DNA of 32,000 nt from Candidatus Electrothrix yaqonensis (GTDB taxonomy: Bacteria; Desulfobacterota; Desulfobulbia; Desulfobulbales; Desulfobulbaceae). How positions within the stretch are numbered: position 1 is the first letter of the stretch; the number at the start of each line of letters is the position of its first letter. The DNA is taken from assembly GCA_047651235.1 (NCBI GenBank), contig CP178758.1:300001-332000 (forward strand), read 5' to 3'. A program made the translations under genes and the position numbers. Shown one piece after another: positions 15,637-25,289 of the stretch. The notes under the pieces were generated by a model, which saw only the letters and a program-made list of their open reading frames with translations, was not told the DNA's origin and ran no database searches.

Positions 15637-18600
15637 TTATACAGAGGGGGAGCTGTCCATAATCGCCATAAAATGCTGCAGAAAGCTCTTCGGCATTTTC
15701 ACGGGTCGGATTCTCCCTGTACGGTGCGGCCAGAGCAGTGCCCAGGCTGCAGTATGGCGGCCGTGCGCCAGTTTCCTCCTTTCCCCTCCTTCACTGATGC
15801 TGTAGTATTCAAAGTACAGGGTGAACCCTTCCTGAAACAGCTCGTGCAGGTACATTGAGACCTCAACGGTTTCAAAGGGCATTGCTTCCTGCAGGTGGGT
15901 CACCTCGGCATGTAGACAGACGAATTCGCCTTCCGCGTCCCGGTGGATCATCTGCTCGGGCATCCGGGCAAACAGATAATGATCACGGACTCTGGCCTGC
16001 CAGCTGTAATAATGAGAAAAATAAATATTCCCGACCAGGTTTGAATCTTCTCTGGAGGTCGGAAACTGCTGCCGATGCAGAAGGTATTTTCTGGTTGCAG
16101 GACCTGCTGCCGTGATGCTTTTCTTCACGGAACGAAGCGGCAGTTCCTCTTTTTCCCGCATCTCATCAGCGTTTTGTGCCAGGGATAACGTTTCCAGATA
16201 TTCAAGATATTCCTGAAGGTACTCAGGCAGAGGAGCCTGCCGGACTGTTCCGTGCTCCTGAATTTCGACCCAGGTCGTTGTCAGCCTGCCGGAGGCTATT
16301 CTGCTCAGCTGACCGTCCTGCTGTTTCTTTTCCCAGCTGAATCCGAGGGATATGAAGGAAGCTGTCAGGTCCGTATCATCCAGCAGGCGCACTTTCCCGA
16401 TCATGGTATCATAACTGTCCGGATACTGATCAGCTGTAAAGGATGAATGATTGGTCACCATCCCCCATCTGCCGCTTTTCATATCCCTGACCAGCAGTCC
16501 GGCTACGGGCTTCAGGGCCAGTTCTCTCAGCTCTCCCATCCAGACCGGGATATTGGTGAAATACACCCTGCCTCCGGGGCCTCTTCCCTCCATAAACGTT
16601 GTTGTGAATTCATGGCGGAAACTGCCGATATTTTCCGGCCATGCAGCGGGATTTTCCGGTATGGGGATCTGCTGCGACAGGGGGGCATCATGGAAATCCC
16701 TTTGGCCGGTGACAGCCAGCATTCTTTCTCCCTGCAGCGTCAGACGGACCGGAAAGGTAAGAATATGACAGGAGCAGCCTGAATTTTCATCACTGCATCT
16801 GAACAGCACCGTATCGTCAATCCGTTTGGCAATGTGCATGGATTCAGGATCAGGGCGCCGGGCCCGTGCCTTGAAAAAGGTTTCCGAGGCTGCCCAGACT
16901 CTGGTGCCTGCTCTGCGCAGAGAATCTCCCTGGGCGGTCAGCCTGGCAAGCAGGGGACTACCTGTTGCTCCGAGCAGGGCTGTCCATTCTTCCTGACTGC
17001 GGGCCGCCACGGTTTCAAGATCGCATCCTTGCGGATCATGACCGACCGTGCAGATGACCGTCCCCTGATTATGGGTCAGAGAAAGATCAATGCCGCTGTC
17101 GGACGGGCTGGAAAGATGTGGTTTCCCGTCTTCCGACCAGGCAAATTCAGTCGGTGTGTCAGGAAAGTCCGGCAGAGTTTCCACGGTTTTCCTGAGCAGC
17201 AGCAGTTCCTGCTCCCGTCGTTCCTGTCTGTTCAGCCGTTCAAAGCCGGGAATAAAATCCGAATTAATTTCCGGAAGAATGCAGTGCGCAGGCAGATGCG
17301 GTTCCCGGCGCGTCAGTTCCTTCAGCAGGATCTGACGGTCACGGCGGCCGGGATGGGCCAGGTCTTCTGCTGCCGGATTGTCTTTTTTATATTCAAGAAT
17401 ATGCGCCAGATAGCCGGTTATCCGTTCAACAAGATATCCCTGACGGTTGAACACATTCAGTTTCCCGTAAATTTCTTTTGCAGTACGCCGTTCGAGAACA
17501 ACTTTTCCCCACAGCAGTTCATCTTTTTTGACAGTGCCGGGATAACGCTCTATGCGTTCGATCTTCCTGGGCAGACAGAGATCACGGGGAATCGAGACCT
17601 GCCCTGACTGGAGCAGTGCATCCCGGAAAAAAGGATCGCCGATATTCCAGGGCCAGTTCTCCTCGTTTTCCGACTCCGGATACGGTGCTGCCGTGAAGAG
17701 ACAGCGTTCTGAAGTCAACTGAAAAATCTGCCTGATTCTCTGAAACGGCGGGCCCTGAAAAAGCAGTTCTTTCGTATACAGGTCAGTTTCCGGATTGATA
17801 TCAAGAGGGGGGCCGGGTTCGGTAAATTTCAGCCGGACAGGGGGACGGTTCTTCAGCAGAATAAATGTTGCGGAAAAGTGATCTGTCCTGAAATCCGTCT
17901 GCGCCGTTCTGATCTGTACCTGCACTGTCGGGTCTGCTCCCTGCTCCTCCTGTTCCAGAACCTGAGCATGGATTTCAATCTCCGTCTTACCGGCTTCGTT
18001 CAGGGTGATCGGATGGGACAGCTGAATATCCTCAATCGATACAGAGGAGAAATCGCTGCAGCCGGTAACCGCCCGGACTGCCTGCGCCATGGCCTCAAGA
18101 CCGAAAACTGCAGGAAAGAGATAGGTGCCGCGCCGGCAGTGATGTCTGATATACGTATCCCTTTCCAGGCTCAGGTGCGCTCTGGAGAGAATTTCTATGC
18201 CGGGATAGTAGGCTGTTATTTTTTCGAGAAACTGCAGGTTGTCCGGTATGGGAGCAGGAGGAAAGGCAAAGGTGTCCAGGTCGGAGGTCCGGGCCGTGAC
18301 AACAACCTGTCCTGATCCGGGATTATGACTGATAAGACGGAGAAAACGGGCTGTTCCCTGGCGGACGGAAATCGCCTGGACACCCATCTGGGCGAGGCGG
18401 GCCGTACTGCCCATTCTGACGCCCATGCCCACTTCATCCCAGATGCTGAAGGCAATGCTGAGCACCGCAGTTTTCGGCGAGGTCTCCCGGTACCGCCGGA
18501 CAAGAAGATGGAGGGCCTCGTTGGAAAAGGCATACCAGCCGTTCTGCATCATGCCGGATATCCCTGTAATGGACGAAAACGCGACAAACAGTTTGATCGG

Positions 18601-21600
18601 ACAGTTCCGGACAGCAGTACAGAGATTGAGCGCACCGGAGAGTTTGGGCGCAATTTCCTCCAGCGCTTCATTCGCAGAGACGCTGCCCAGATCTCCGGGC
18701 CTATTCAGGGCACTGCCGTGAATGATCCCTGTAATCTCGCCCTGGCGGTTCCGCACCTGCCGGACAAGTCTGTTGACCGCATCAGCATCTGTGACGTCAC
18801 ACTGATAGTATTCCGCAGCAAGCCCTGCGTTTCTGAATCTGCTGAGCGTCCGGAGGATTTCGTTATGCTGTTCCTTGTGCTGCGGCAGGGGGGAACTGCC
18901 CACCAGAGCCATCTGCACCGTGGTGGTCCGGGCAAATTCCAGAGCACATTCCGCAGTGATTCCTTTTGCGCCTCCGGTAACCAGGACAACATCTCCGGGC
19001 GACCAGGTGATTGATCTTGCTGTATACTCGGCACGGTTTTTCAGAACAGGCCGGGGAACCCGACGGATCTCATCGGTGCTGTATCCGACTGCAGAGTAGG
19101 GTTCAGCTGTGGCCAGTTCGGCCATGATGTGTCTGCAAAGCTTTTCCGGGGGGAGCTGCGGAGAAAAGTCGAGAACTCGCACCTTGAGGTGGGGACGTTC
19201 AAGGTGCATGCTGGCTGCCAGGGCTTTTGCCGAACAGCGTTCAATCTCAGCCGTAACTGGCCCGCTGCCGAAAAAACCGTCGCCGAACTGAATAACTGCA
19301 AAGATATTGTCCTGCAGCCCGATGGTATGGAAGGGATGGGAAAAGATGGTGTGCAGCCGGATCACATGCCGGACAAGGCGTTTCCTGTCTGCTGTTTTAT
19401 GCGCTGCCTGCCGGGGCAGCAGAGCAATGATCGTGGTGAATCTGTGCAGAAAAGAAGAAGAGGAGGCGCGGACATCGGCAAAGAGCGCACACTCGGCCTT
19501 TGCCGAAGAACGGATAAAATATTGTTCGAGATGTCCGGCCAGTTCCTGTTCTTCAGGTTCAGAAAGGATAAGTACCTGTTCGTTCTTGCGGACAGTGTTT
19601 TTCCCGGATGCCGTTTCAGCTGGCAGAGGTTCCGGTGAATACCGGATAGTGAAGTCGCGGACCCATGCCGGATATTGTGCCTCCTCTTTCGTCTCCGTGC
19701 TGTCCTGAGTGGCTGCTTTGCCAAGAAGATCCGTCAGTTCCTGCAGGGTTGCATTGGCGTGTTCCGGAACATTCAGTTTTGCCGCTGCAATACCTGCTTT
19801 GCCTGCTGCTTCGGCAATCAGTTCGGATGCCTTGATGGAATCAAGATTCAGATCATCCAGCAGGCGCAGGTCCGGTGACAGGCTTTCCTGCGGGAAACCT
19901 GTCCGCCGTTCAATCAGAGTAAAGAGGAGTTCCGGGATGGAGAGCTGTTCTGCAAAATTATCCGATGCCGGTCCGAGCGATGCCGAAGGGAGCCGTCTGT
20001 TGCCAAGCTCTGGAGTTCCGTTCTGCTGCGGGAAGTTACCGGACATACTGTCCAGGTCTGCCCTGACGACTCTACCGAGAAAGCGGCCCCGCTGTGCCAG
20101 ATACGCTGCCAGCTTTTCCCGGGGGATACCGGCAGCTCCAGCCAGCAGAGACTCAGTCGGACTATTCTGTTCAGGCCTGGGCAGGATGTCGGCTGCCCGG
20201 GAAAAGCCGGTTTCCGGCCGGGAGGGAAAGGGATCTTCACAGGGATTGGTCAGAAAGACACGTTCTCCGGCCGGGGTAAACGGTCGGACAAGGCGATCTT
20301 CATACAGGGCCTGCTGACTGACAGTACCTCCGTGGACAAAATAGACAGCCAGAAAGAAAAGCAGATCTCTGGATAGGCCCGGTTCGGATTCAACAGGAAA
20401 ACAGCAGGACGGTTCATCGGTATTCCCCGCATTAGCTGTAGTACCCGCGTTACCCGTATTGCCCGGATAATCTGAACTGCGTATTGCATGCACAAGACCG
20501 GTCAGTATCTGCCCCGGACCGACTTCCACCAGCAGATCACACCGGCTCTGCATCTGCTGCACCAGGCGGATAAAATCAACCGGTTCCACAACCTGATCGG
20601 CAAAGTGCCGGATAAGATCGGTCTCCTCCGTAATTTTTCGCTCCTGTATCCCGGTAACCACCGCAGCAGTCAGTTGTTCCGGCAGTTCGGGAATAATTTT
20701 GCTTTCGGCAAGCTGCTGTGCGGCAGAGGCAACGAATTGTGAGTGAAAGGCATTGGCAACCGGCAGGATCCGGGCTGTGATGTTCTGCTTTTCAGCCAGT
20801 CGGCAGACTTGGTTTACGCAGTTGATGTCACCGGAAATCACGGTCTGGGACGGGCTGTTTCTGTTTGCCGTAACAGCATAGCCGTCGGTCCGGTCGATCA
20901 GGCTCCGGGCTGTTGCGGCCGAACAGGCAAGACTGGCCATTGTCCCGGCAGCATCGGGCTGCGGCGCCATTGCCTGCCCCCGGAAGGCGGCAAACTTGAG
21001 CAGATCCTCCCGTGTATAGGCTCCGGCTGCATGAAACGCAGTCAGTTCGCCCAGACTGTGTCCGGCTGCAGCCTCCGGTCGGATACCGAGCCGGGCAAGT
21101 TTCTCCAGCCAGAGCACAGAGGCCAGACAGATGGCCGGCTGCGCGATTTCCGTCTGTTTGAGCTGTTCCTGCCACAGGGTTATCCGGGCGGCATCCGGTG
21201 CTCTTTCCGTCGGTCGGAACATAAAGTCGGTCAGCTGTTCTCCTTCGGGCCAGTCCAGCGCCTGTTCAGCAGCACGGACGATATCCTGTGCCCAGTCATG
21301 CCGAAGAACAAGGCTGCGCGCCATGTTGAGCTGCTGTGATCCCTGGCCGGGAAACAGAAAACCGACCCTGCAGCGCTGTACGTTGTTGCCGATGCAGATG
21401 CCTGACCGGCTGTCAATATGCGCTGTTCCATTTTCCGGCGGAGCACTCCGGAGTATCTCTTCAAGCCGGGCCAGACTTTTAGCAAGTGAATCCGGCGAAC
21501 CTGCCGTCACAGCGGCCCGGACACTCCCGATCCCGGTCCCGCTACCGGTTCCGTCCTGTCCGTACCGCTCTCCAACATGGGCAGCAAAGTCGGCGAGTTC

Positions 21601-23178
21601 GCCCTCACAGATTCCCTGGGCAAGATCCCGGATCGTCTGTATTCTGTCCGGCAGCTCGGAAATTGTCGGGGCGCTGACCAAAAAAAGTTCGGTATCCTGA
21701 TGTCCGGCCAGCAGCTTCTGCTCCGGCAGGGCAGGCAGCAGTTTCGGTGAGGGAGCATCACCTGATTCAATCGTAAGATGGCAGTTGATGCCGCCGAACC
21801 CCATCCCTGATATACCGGCACGCAGGGTTTTCCGGCTGTCCCGGATTTCTCCGTTCAGGATAGGATACAGATCTGTGGCTTTATCGGCAAAGACTGGATG
21901 CGGCTCAGTACAGTTGGCCGTAGGCGGCAGCACCCGTCGGTTGACCGCGATAACCGCTTTGATCAGGGCGCCGATGCCGGATGCCGCTTTGGTATGGCCG
22001 ATGATGGACTTCAGCGAGGTGATACCGCAGCGGCGGAGCTGTCCTGTCCGGTCGGATTGCTCGGATTTGCTGTTCAACCCGTCGTTCATTGCCCGGACAA
22101 TGGCCTCCAATTCCGTCTTATCACCCACCGTCGTGCCGGTTCCATGTCCTTCAATGAAATCCAGATCGTGGATATTCCAGCCTGCCTTTTTGTATGCGCG
22201 CAGCAGCGCTCTGGCCTGGCCCGGCGCATTCGGGGCAGTCAGGCCGCCTTTGCCGTCAGAAGAGATGCCCCAGCCTTTCAGGACGGCATAAACAGGGATC
22301 CCGGCGGCAACTGCGTCCTCCAGCCGCTGCATGACCACAAAACCGCATCCTTCTCCGGGCATGAAACCGTCTGCCCGACGGTCATAGACCCGCATATCCG
22401 TGCTGGTCAGGGCAGCGGTTTTGGCAAAACCGACCAGTTCAAGGGTATCCAGGCTGACATCCACCCCGCCTGCCAGAGCCAGATCCAGTTCTCCGTTGCT
22501 GAGATGTGCTGCCGCTGTTGCTGCGGCAAGGAGCGAAGACGCACAGGCGCCGTCCACTGTATAGCCGCCGCCGTGCAGGTCGAGATAATTGCAGATGCGC
22601 CCGGCGATGGTGTTGGACAGGGCCCCGGCCAGAGTATCTTCGGTGACAGGTGCAAAAATCGACTTGTAATATGCTTCGGCTGTATCGATCAGGTCGGCTG
22701 CACAGGAAAATGAGAAACCTTTTTCCTGTGCAGCAGCCTGCAGGACACGACGGACAAAGGGCCAGCGGAGACGCAGACCCTGGGCACGGGAATATTCGCC
22801 GGTCAGGCTGTTGCCAAGAATCACACCGGAGCGTTCTTTCGGGACAGCATTTTTTTTGAATCCCGCATCTTCCAGAGATGCAAGGGCGACCTGCAGAGCC
22901 AGCCAGTGCACGATATCCGTGGACTCGAAGGCTGAACGGGGGACACGGTACCTGACCGGGTCAAAAGAAAAACCGTCCAGCAGAGCGGCCCTGCAGCAGT
23001 AGGTCTTATCCGGTGCACCCGGGTCCGGATCGTAATAATCCGCCGCAGACAGGCGGGAAGCCGGGATAGGGCGGAACTGCCGTCTTTGTGTCAGAATATT
23101 TTCCCAGAACGAGCGCAGGTTTTTTGCTCCGGGATAATGACAGGCCATGCCGATGATGGCGATCGGCGTTGAATTCAT
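15637..23178 (-). CDS. iterative type I polyketide synthase, KS-AT-ACP-KR-DH-PPTase (enediyne PKSE-like order) with fused C-terminal tandem hot-dog thioesterase domains
   Basis: The start is taken at MNSTPIAIIGMACHYPG (ATG 23178); the track start at 23322 overlaps the upstream gene.
- KS: TVDGACASS (Cys codon 22545-22543), EGHGTGT, GHTKAASG.
- AT: FPGQGSQ, GHSLGE (Ser codon 21057-21055).
- ACP: LNLDSIKA (Ser codon 19839-19837).
- KR: VLVTGGAKGIT (18981-18955) and the catalytic-Tyr region GWYAFSNEA.
- DH: exact HxxxGxxxxP match, HCRRGTYLFP (His codon 18141-18139).
- PPTase: GKPHL..IDLSLTHNQG..GCDLE (17028-17014)..RVWAASETFFKA.
- Two 4HBT-like hot-dog units, at about 16629-16258 and about 16080-15703; the latter includes EDSNLVGNIYFSHYYSWQ. 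Confidence 0.93.
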   Translation of the reverse strand: MNSTPIAIIGMACHYPGAKNLRSFWENILTQRRQFRPIPASRLSAADYYDPDPGAPDKTYCCRAALLDGFSFDPVRYRVPRSAFESTDIVHWLALQVALASLEDAGFKKNAVPKERSGVILGNSLTGEYSRAQGLRLRWPFVRRVLQAAAQEKGFSFSCAADLIDTAEAYYKSIFAPVTEDTLAGALSNTIAGRICNYLDLHGGGYTVDGACASSLLAAATAAAHLSNGELDLALAGGVDVSLDTLELVGFAKTAALTSTDMRVYDRRADGFMPGEGCGFVVMQRLEDAVAAGIPVYAVLKGWGISSDGKGGLTAPNAPGQARALLRAYKKAGWNIHDLDFIEGHGTGTTVGDKTELEAIVRAMNDGLNSKSEQSDRTGQLRRCGITSLKSIIGHTKAASGIGALIKAVIAVNRRVLPPTANCTEPHPVFADKATDLYPILNGEIRDSRKTLRAGISGMGFGGINCHLTIESGDAPSPKLLPALPEQKLLAGHQDTELFLVSAPTISELPDRIQTIRDLAQGICEGELADFAAHVGERYGQDGTGSGTGIGSVRAAVTAGSPDSLAKSLARLEEILRSAPPENGTAHIDSRSGICIGNNVQRCRVGFLFPGQGSQQLNMARSLVLRHDWAQDIVRAAEQALDWPEGEQLTDFMFRPTERAPDAARITLWQEQLKQTEIAQPAICLASVLWLEKLARLGIRPEAAAGHSLGELTAFHAAGAYTREDLLKFAAFRGQAMAPQPDAAGTMASLACSAATARSLIDRTDGYAVTANRNSPSQTVISGDINCVNQVCRLAEKQNITARILPVANAFHSQFVASAAQQLAESKIIPELPEQLTAAVVTGIQERKITEETDLIRHFADQVVEPVDFIRLVQQMQSRCDLLVEVGPGQILTGLVHAIRSSDYPGNTGNAGTTANAGNTDEPSCCFPVESEPGLSRDLLFFLAVYFVHGGTVSQQALYEDRLVRPFTPAGERVFLTNPCEDPFPSRPETGFSRAADILPRPEQNSPTESLLAGAAGIPREKLAAYLAQRGRFLGRVVRADLDSMSGNFPQQNGTPELGNRRLPSASLGPASDNFAEQLSIPELLFTLIERRTGFPQESLSPDLRLLDDLNLDSIKASELIAEAAGKAGIAAAKLNVPEHANATLQELTDLLGKAATQDSTETKEEAQYPAWVRDFTIRYSPEPLPAETASGKNTVRKNEQVLILSEPEEQELAGHLEQYFIRSSAKAECALFADVRASSSSFLHRFTTIIALLPRQAAHKTADRKRLVRHVIRLHTIFSHPFHTIGLQDNIFAVIQFGDGFFGSGPVTAEIERCSAKALAASMHLERPHLKVRVLDFSPQLPPEKLCRHIMAELATAEPYSAVGYSTDEIRRVPRPVLKNRAEYTARSITWSPGDVVLVTGGAKGITAECALEFARTTTVQMALVGSSPLPQHKEQHNEILRTLSRFRNAGLAAEYYQCDVTDADAVNRLVRQVRNRQGEITGIIHGSALNRPGDLGSVSANEALEEIAPKLSGALNLCTAVRNCPIKLFVAFSSITGISGMMQNGWYAFSNEALHLLVRRYRETSPKTAVLSIAFSIWDEVGMGVRMGSTARLAQMGVQAISVRQGTARFLRLISHNPGSGQVVVTARTSDLDTFAFPPAPIPDNLQFLEKITAYYPGIEILSRAHLSLERDTYIRHHCRRGTYLFPAVFGLEAMAQAVRAVTGCSDFSSVSIEDIQLSHPITLNEAGKTEIEIHAQVLEQEEQGADPTVQVQIRTAQTDFRTDHFSATFILLKNRPPVRLKFTEPGPPLDINPETDLYTKELLFQGPPFQRIRQIFQLTSERCLFTAAPYPESENEENWPWNIGDPFFRDALLQSGQVSIPRDLCLPRKIERIERYPGTVKKDELLWGKVVLERRTAKEIYGKLNVFNRQGYLVERITGYLAHILEYKKDNPAAEDLAHPGRRDRQILLKELTRREPHLPAHCILPEINSDFIPGFERLNRQERREQELLLLRKTVETLPDFPDTPTEFAWSEDGKPHLSSPSDSGIDLSLTHNQGTVICTVGHDPQGCDLETVAARSQEEWTALLGATGSPLLARLTAQGDSLRRAGTRVWAASETFFKARARRPDPESMHIAKRIDDTVLFRCSDENSGCSCHILTFPVRLTLQGERMLAVTGQRDFHDAPLSQQIPIPENPAAWPENIGSFRHEFTTTFMEGRGPGGRVYFTNIPVWMGELRELALKPVAGLLVRDMKSGRWGMVTNHSSFTADQYPDSYDTMIGKVRLLDDTDLTASFISLGFSWEKKQQDGQLSRIASGRLTTTWVEIQEHGTVRQAPLPEYLQEYLEYLETLSLAQNADEMREKEELPLRSVKKSITAAGPATRKYLLHRQQFPTSREDSNLVGNIYFSHYYSWQARVRDHYLFARMPEQMIHRDAEGEFVCLHAEVTHLQEAMPFETVEVSMYLHELFQEGFTLYFEYYSISEGGERRKLAHGRHTAAWALLWPHRTGRIRPVKMPKSFLQHFMAIMDSSPSV

Positions 23179-23203
23179 TTCTGTTGCCTTGATCAGAAAT
23201 AAT

Positions 23204-24433
23204 TCAGAAGAAATACTGCAGCTCAAAGATAAGATGCGGGTCATCCGCAAAGGCGGAGGCAGGATCTGTCCCGTCGGCATCCAGAACAGACATTGCCTCA
23301 ATATGCAGCAGCATCTGTTCACCTATCCGGCGTTTTCCTTCAACGGAAAAGATATATGTCGATAGCTCAACATCTTTCATAATACCAGTCAGTATTTCGG
23401 TCCCGGCCGTATCGTTCAGGGCCAAGCGGAGGCCACCCATCATGTCATTATTAAAAGGGGAAAGAATATTGTCTGCACGGTCATCAAAAATGTATTCGCC
23501 GATAAGGCCGAGATCCATTGCGCTGTCATTGATACCGAAAAAGGTGTATTCAACTCCGCAGACAGCAGCGGCAAACGGACGGCCCTGACCGGAACGGTAC
23601 AGGGCTTCACCTTTCAGCAGCCACCTGCCTACCGCCATCTGCAGATCCAGCCCGGTCTGGCTGATCTGCGGGTAAAAGGGCAGCAGGACAGGATAATCAG
23701 GCGTATCAGACGTTCCGCCCGGCAGCAGATCAGGTTCACGGGACGTGCCGACAAAATGATACAGACCGACATCAGCATCGCCAAAAGTAGTGCTGTAGCG
23801 GAGCGCAAAATCAACATGGTGCTGTTCAGCCGCGCTTTCATATATGGCCTGCTCAGTATCAACGACCACCGGCGTACGCAGCCGGTCTTTTTCTCCGCCA
23901 AAGGTACGCTCCCGAAACCAGGGCAGGACAAAGGCGTCCACAGTGCCCCGATCCATGAACAGGGAAAAACGCAGCATGGGCTGACCTAGTTTTTCTTCGC
24001 CGTCAAACCCTTCCACCCCGTCTGTCTGATTGATAATATCCACAAGGTGAACAAATTCTGCAGCCCCCCAGAATACCTTGCTGAGACCGATCTGCACATC
24101 CAGGTTGTCACCGGCATAGAGAAAATTCGCCTCCCGGATATCCGAGTGACTCCGTTGATCCGTACTGCTGTCCAGACGGGCAAATGGTTTGAGGACAAGC
24201 TGTGACCCGCTGCTGAACCTGTGATAGAATTCCGGCTCGATCGCCACCGAAGCATTATGCTGCTCCTGGGAAGCGTAAGCGGGTTCTTCCGGGAAACAAC
24301 GTCCTTCCAGGGCGATGTTCCCGCTCAGCTCGGCAGCGGATATTGACAGGGGAATGTACAGGAAGAGTGCTCCCGGGAGCAGATGCCGGAACCGGGTGAA
24401 AACAGTCTGTCTCATTCTTATAGAGCAGTTCAT
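23204..24433 (-). CDS. putative outer-membrane beta-barrel protein (unknown family)
   Basis: 409-aa ORF. It has an N-terminal signal-like segment (LLPGALFLYIPLSISAAE), alternating beta-strand-like composition and a C-terminal ..ELQYFF. Its ATG overlaps the upstream stop (TAATG at 24435-24431). Confidence 0.6.
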   Translation of the reverse strand: MNCSIRMRQTVFTRFRHLLPGALFLYIPLSISAAELSGNIALEGRCFPEEPAYASQEQHNASVAIEPEFYHRFSSGSQLVLKPFARLDSSTDQRSHSDIREANFLYAGDNLDVQIGLSKVFWGAAEFVHLVDIINQTDGVEGFDGEEKLGQPMLRFSLFMDRGTVDAFVLPWFRERTFGGEKDRLRTPVVVDTEQAIYESAAEQHHVDFALRYSTTFGDADVGLYHFVGTSREPDLLPGGTSDTPDYPVLLPFYPQISQTGLDLQMAVGRWLLKGEALYRSGQGRPFAAAVCGVEYTFFGINDSAMDLGLIGEYIFDDRADNILSPFNNDMMGGLRLALNDTAGTEILTGIMKDVELSTYIFSVEGKRRIGEQMLLHIEAMSVLDADGTDPASAFADDPHLIFELQYFF

Positions 24434-25254
24434 TACCTTGCCCGCCGCAGGCTGTTCCGATGGAAATCCTTTTCCTGCAGACCAGTCTGAAACCGGTAAT
24501 TGTTGTAGAGCAGGACGGTTGATTTCCCGTTCTGATGATTCACCATGTGCAGTTTTCCGGCCCGCCAGTATTTGCCGAGATACTGCTCATAGTCAGTAAG
24601 GGTGAGGGTTTTCAGATGACTGTTTCTGCGGTCATAAAATTCCGCCTTCCTGATGCGGTATTCGTCCTTGTCCAGCCAGACGGTCTGGCGGCTGTAGCCG
24701 GAATTTTTCCGGTCAATAGGATAGTAGTCCACCACAGTGCAGTCATGGCCATCCAGAGTTTCATCACGCAGATATTTATAGGTGTATTTTTCAGTTTCCT
24801 GACCGGAAATGTCCTCATAGGAGAATTCACTTCCCATAAACGAGCCGGATTTGTTGCGTGAGCTGATACGCTTTACCCGTTTCAGAGCAGGAAGATACAG
24901 CCACTGGTCGTCATCTCCTGTTTTGTGCGAAAAGGAGAGAAGGGCGGTTCCCTTGACATCAGGGGGGGTATGAAAGATCAGCAGGGTCTTATCACCATCT
25001 CCCTTTACCTCCAAAACTTTGTATGTCAACTCCCGTCGGCTTTTCTGGCCGCTTCTATTGCGCAGAATCATCACCAGTTCAGCGGTCAGGTCACCAAACC
25101 CCTGATCACGGCGTTCAGCTTCCACGGCAATGGCACGGCCCTTTTCCTCAGGGCTTTCGGCCCGGCCCGGAGTGCAGCAGGATAATACATAAAAAATGCA
25201 GACAAAAATAACTGGTATGACGGTTGCTCGGAATGCGGGAAACTTCATAGTCAT
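24433..25254 (-). CDS. LolA-like 'outer membrane lipoprotein-sorting' family periplasmic protein
   Basis: 273-aa ORF with a signal peptide. The characteristic block is DQWLYLPALKRVKRISSRNKSGSFMGSEFSYEDI. GGAGG lies 5 nt upstream of the ATG. Confidence 0.8.
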   Translation of the reverse strand: MTMKFPAFRATVIPVIFVCIFYVLSCCTPGRAESPEEKGRAIAVEAERRDQGFGDLTAELVMILRNRSGQKSRRELTYKVLEVKGDGDKTLLIFHTPPDVKGTALLSFSHKTGDDDQWLYLPALKRVKRISSRNKSGSFMGSEFSYEDISGQETEKYTYKYLRDETLDGHDCTVVDYYPIDRKNSGYSRQTVWLDKDEYRIRKAEFYDRRNSHLKTLTLTDYEQYLGKYWRAGKLHMVNHQNGKSTVLLYNNYRFQTGLQEKDFHRNSLRRAR

Positions 25255-25289
25255 AGTTTCCTCCTTTTGTCAGGATATGTCAATATGCT

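Noticed and set aside
20401-20470. Short imperfect nucleotide repeat encoding GNTGNAGTTANAGNT
   Set aside because: It lies in the AT-ACP interdomain linker of the PKS. Low-complexity linkers are normal there, so it is not an independent repeat element.
16834-22713. Multiple 170-270-aa plus-strand ORFs (for example 16834-17607, 18325-19014, 20743-21339, 21898-22713)
   Set aside because: All are antisense to the PKS gene, whose motifs are continuous in one minus-strand frame. The sequences are Arg/Gly/Pro-rich with no motifs.
15637-23178. Calling the locus a bona fide enediyne biosynthetic cluster
   Set aside because: Only the PKSE-like architecture is present. No E3/E4/E5-type genes, tailoring genes or resistance genes are visible within 8 kb upstream or 2 kb downstream. 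The call is therefore kept at 'PKSE-like', product unknown.
23179-23322. N-terminal 48-codon extension of the PKS ORF
   Set aside because: It overlaps the 3' end of the upstream barrel gene and encodes Cys/Leu-rich junk. The conserved KS N-terminus (PIAIIGMACHYPG) begins right after the Met at 23178.
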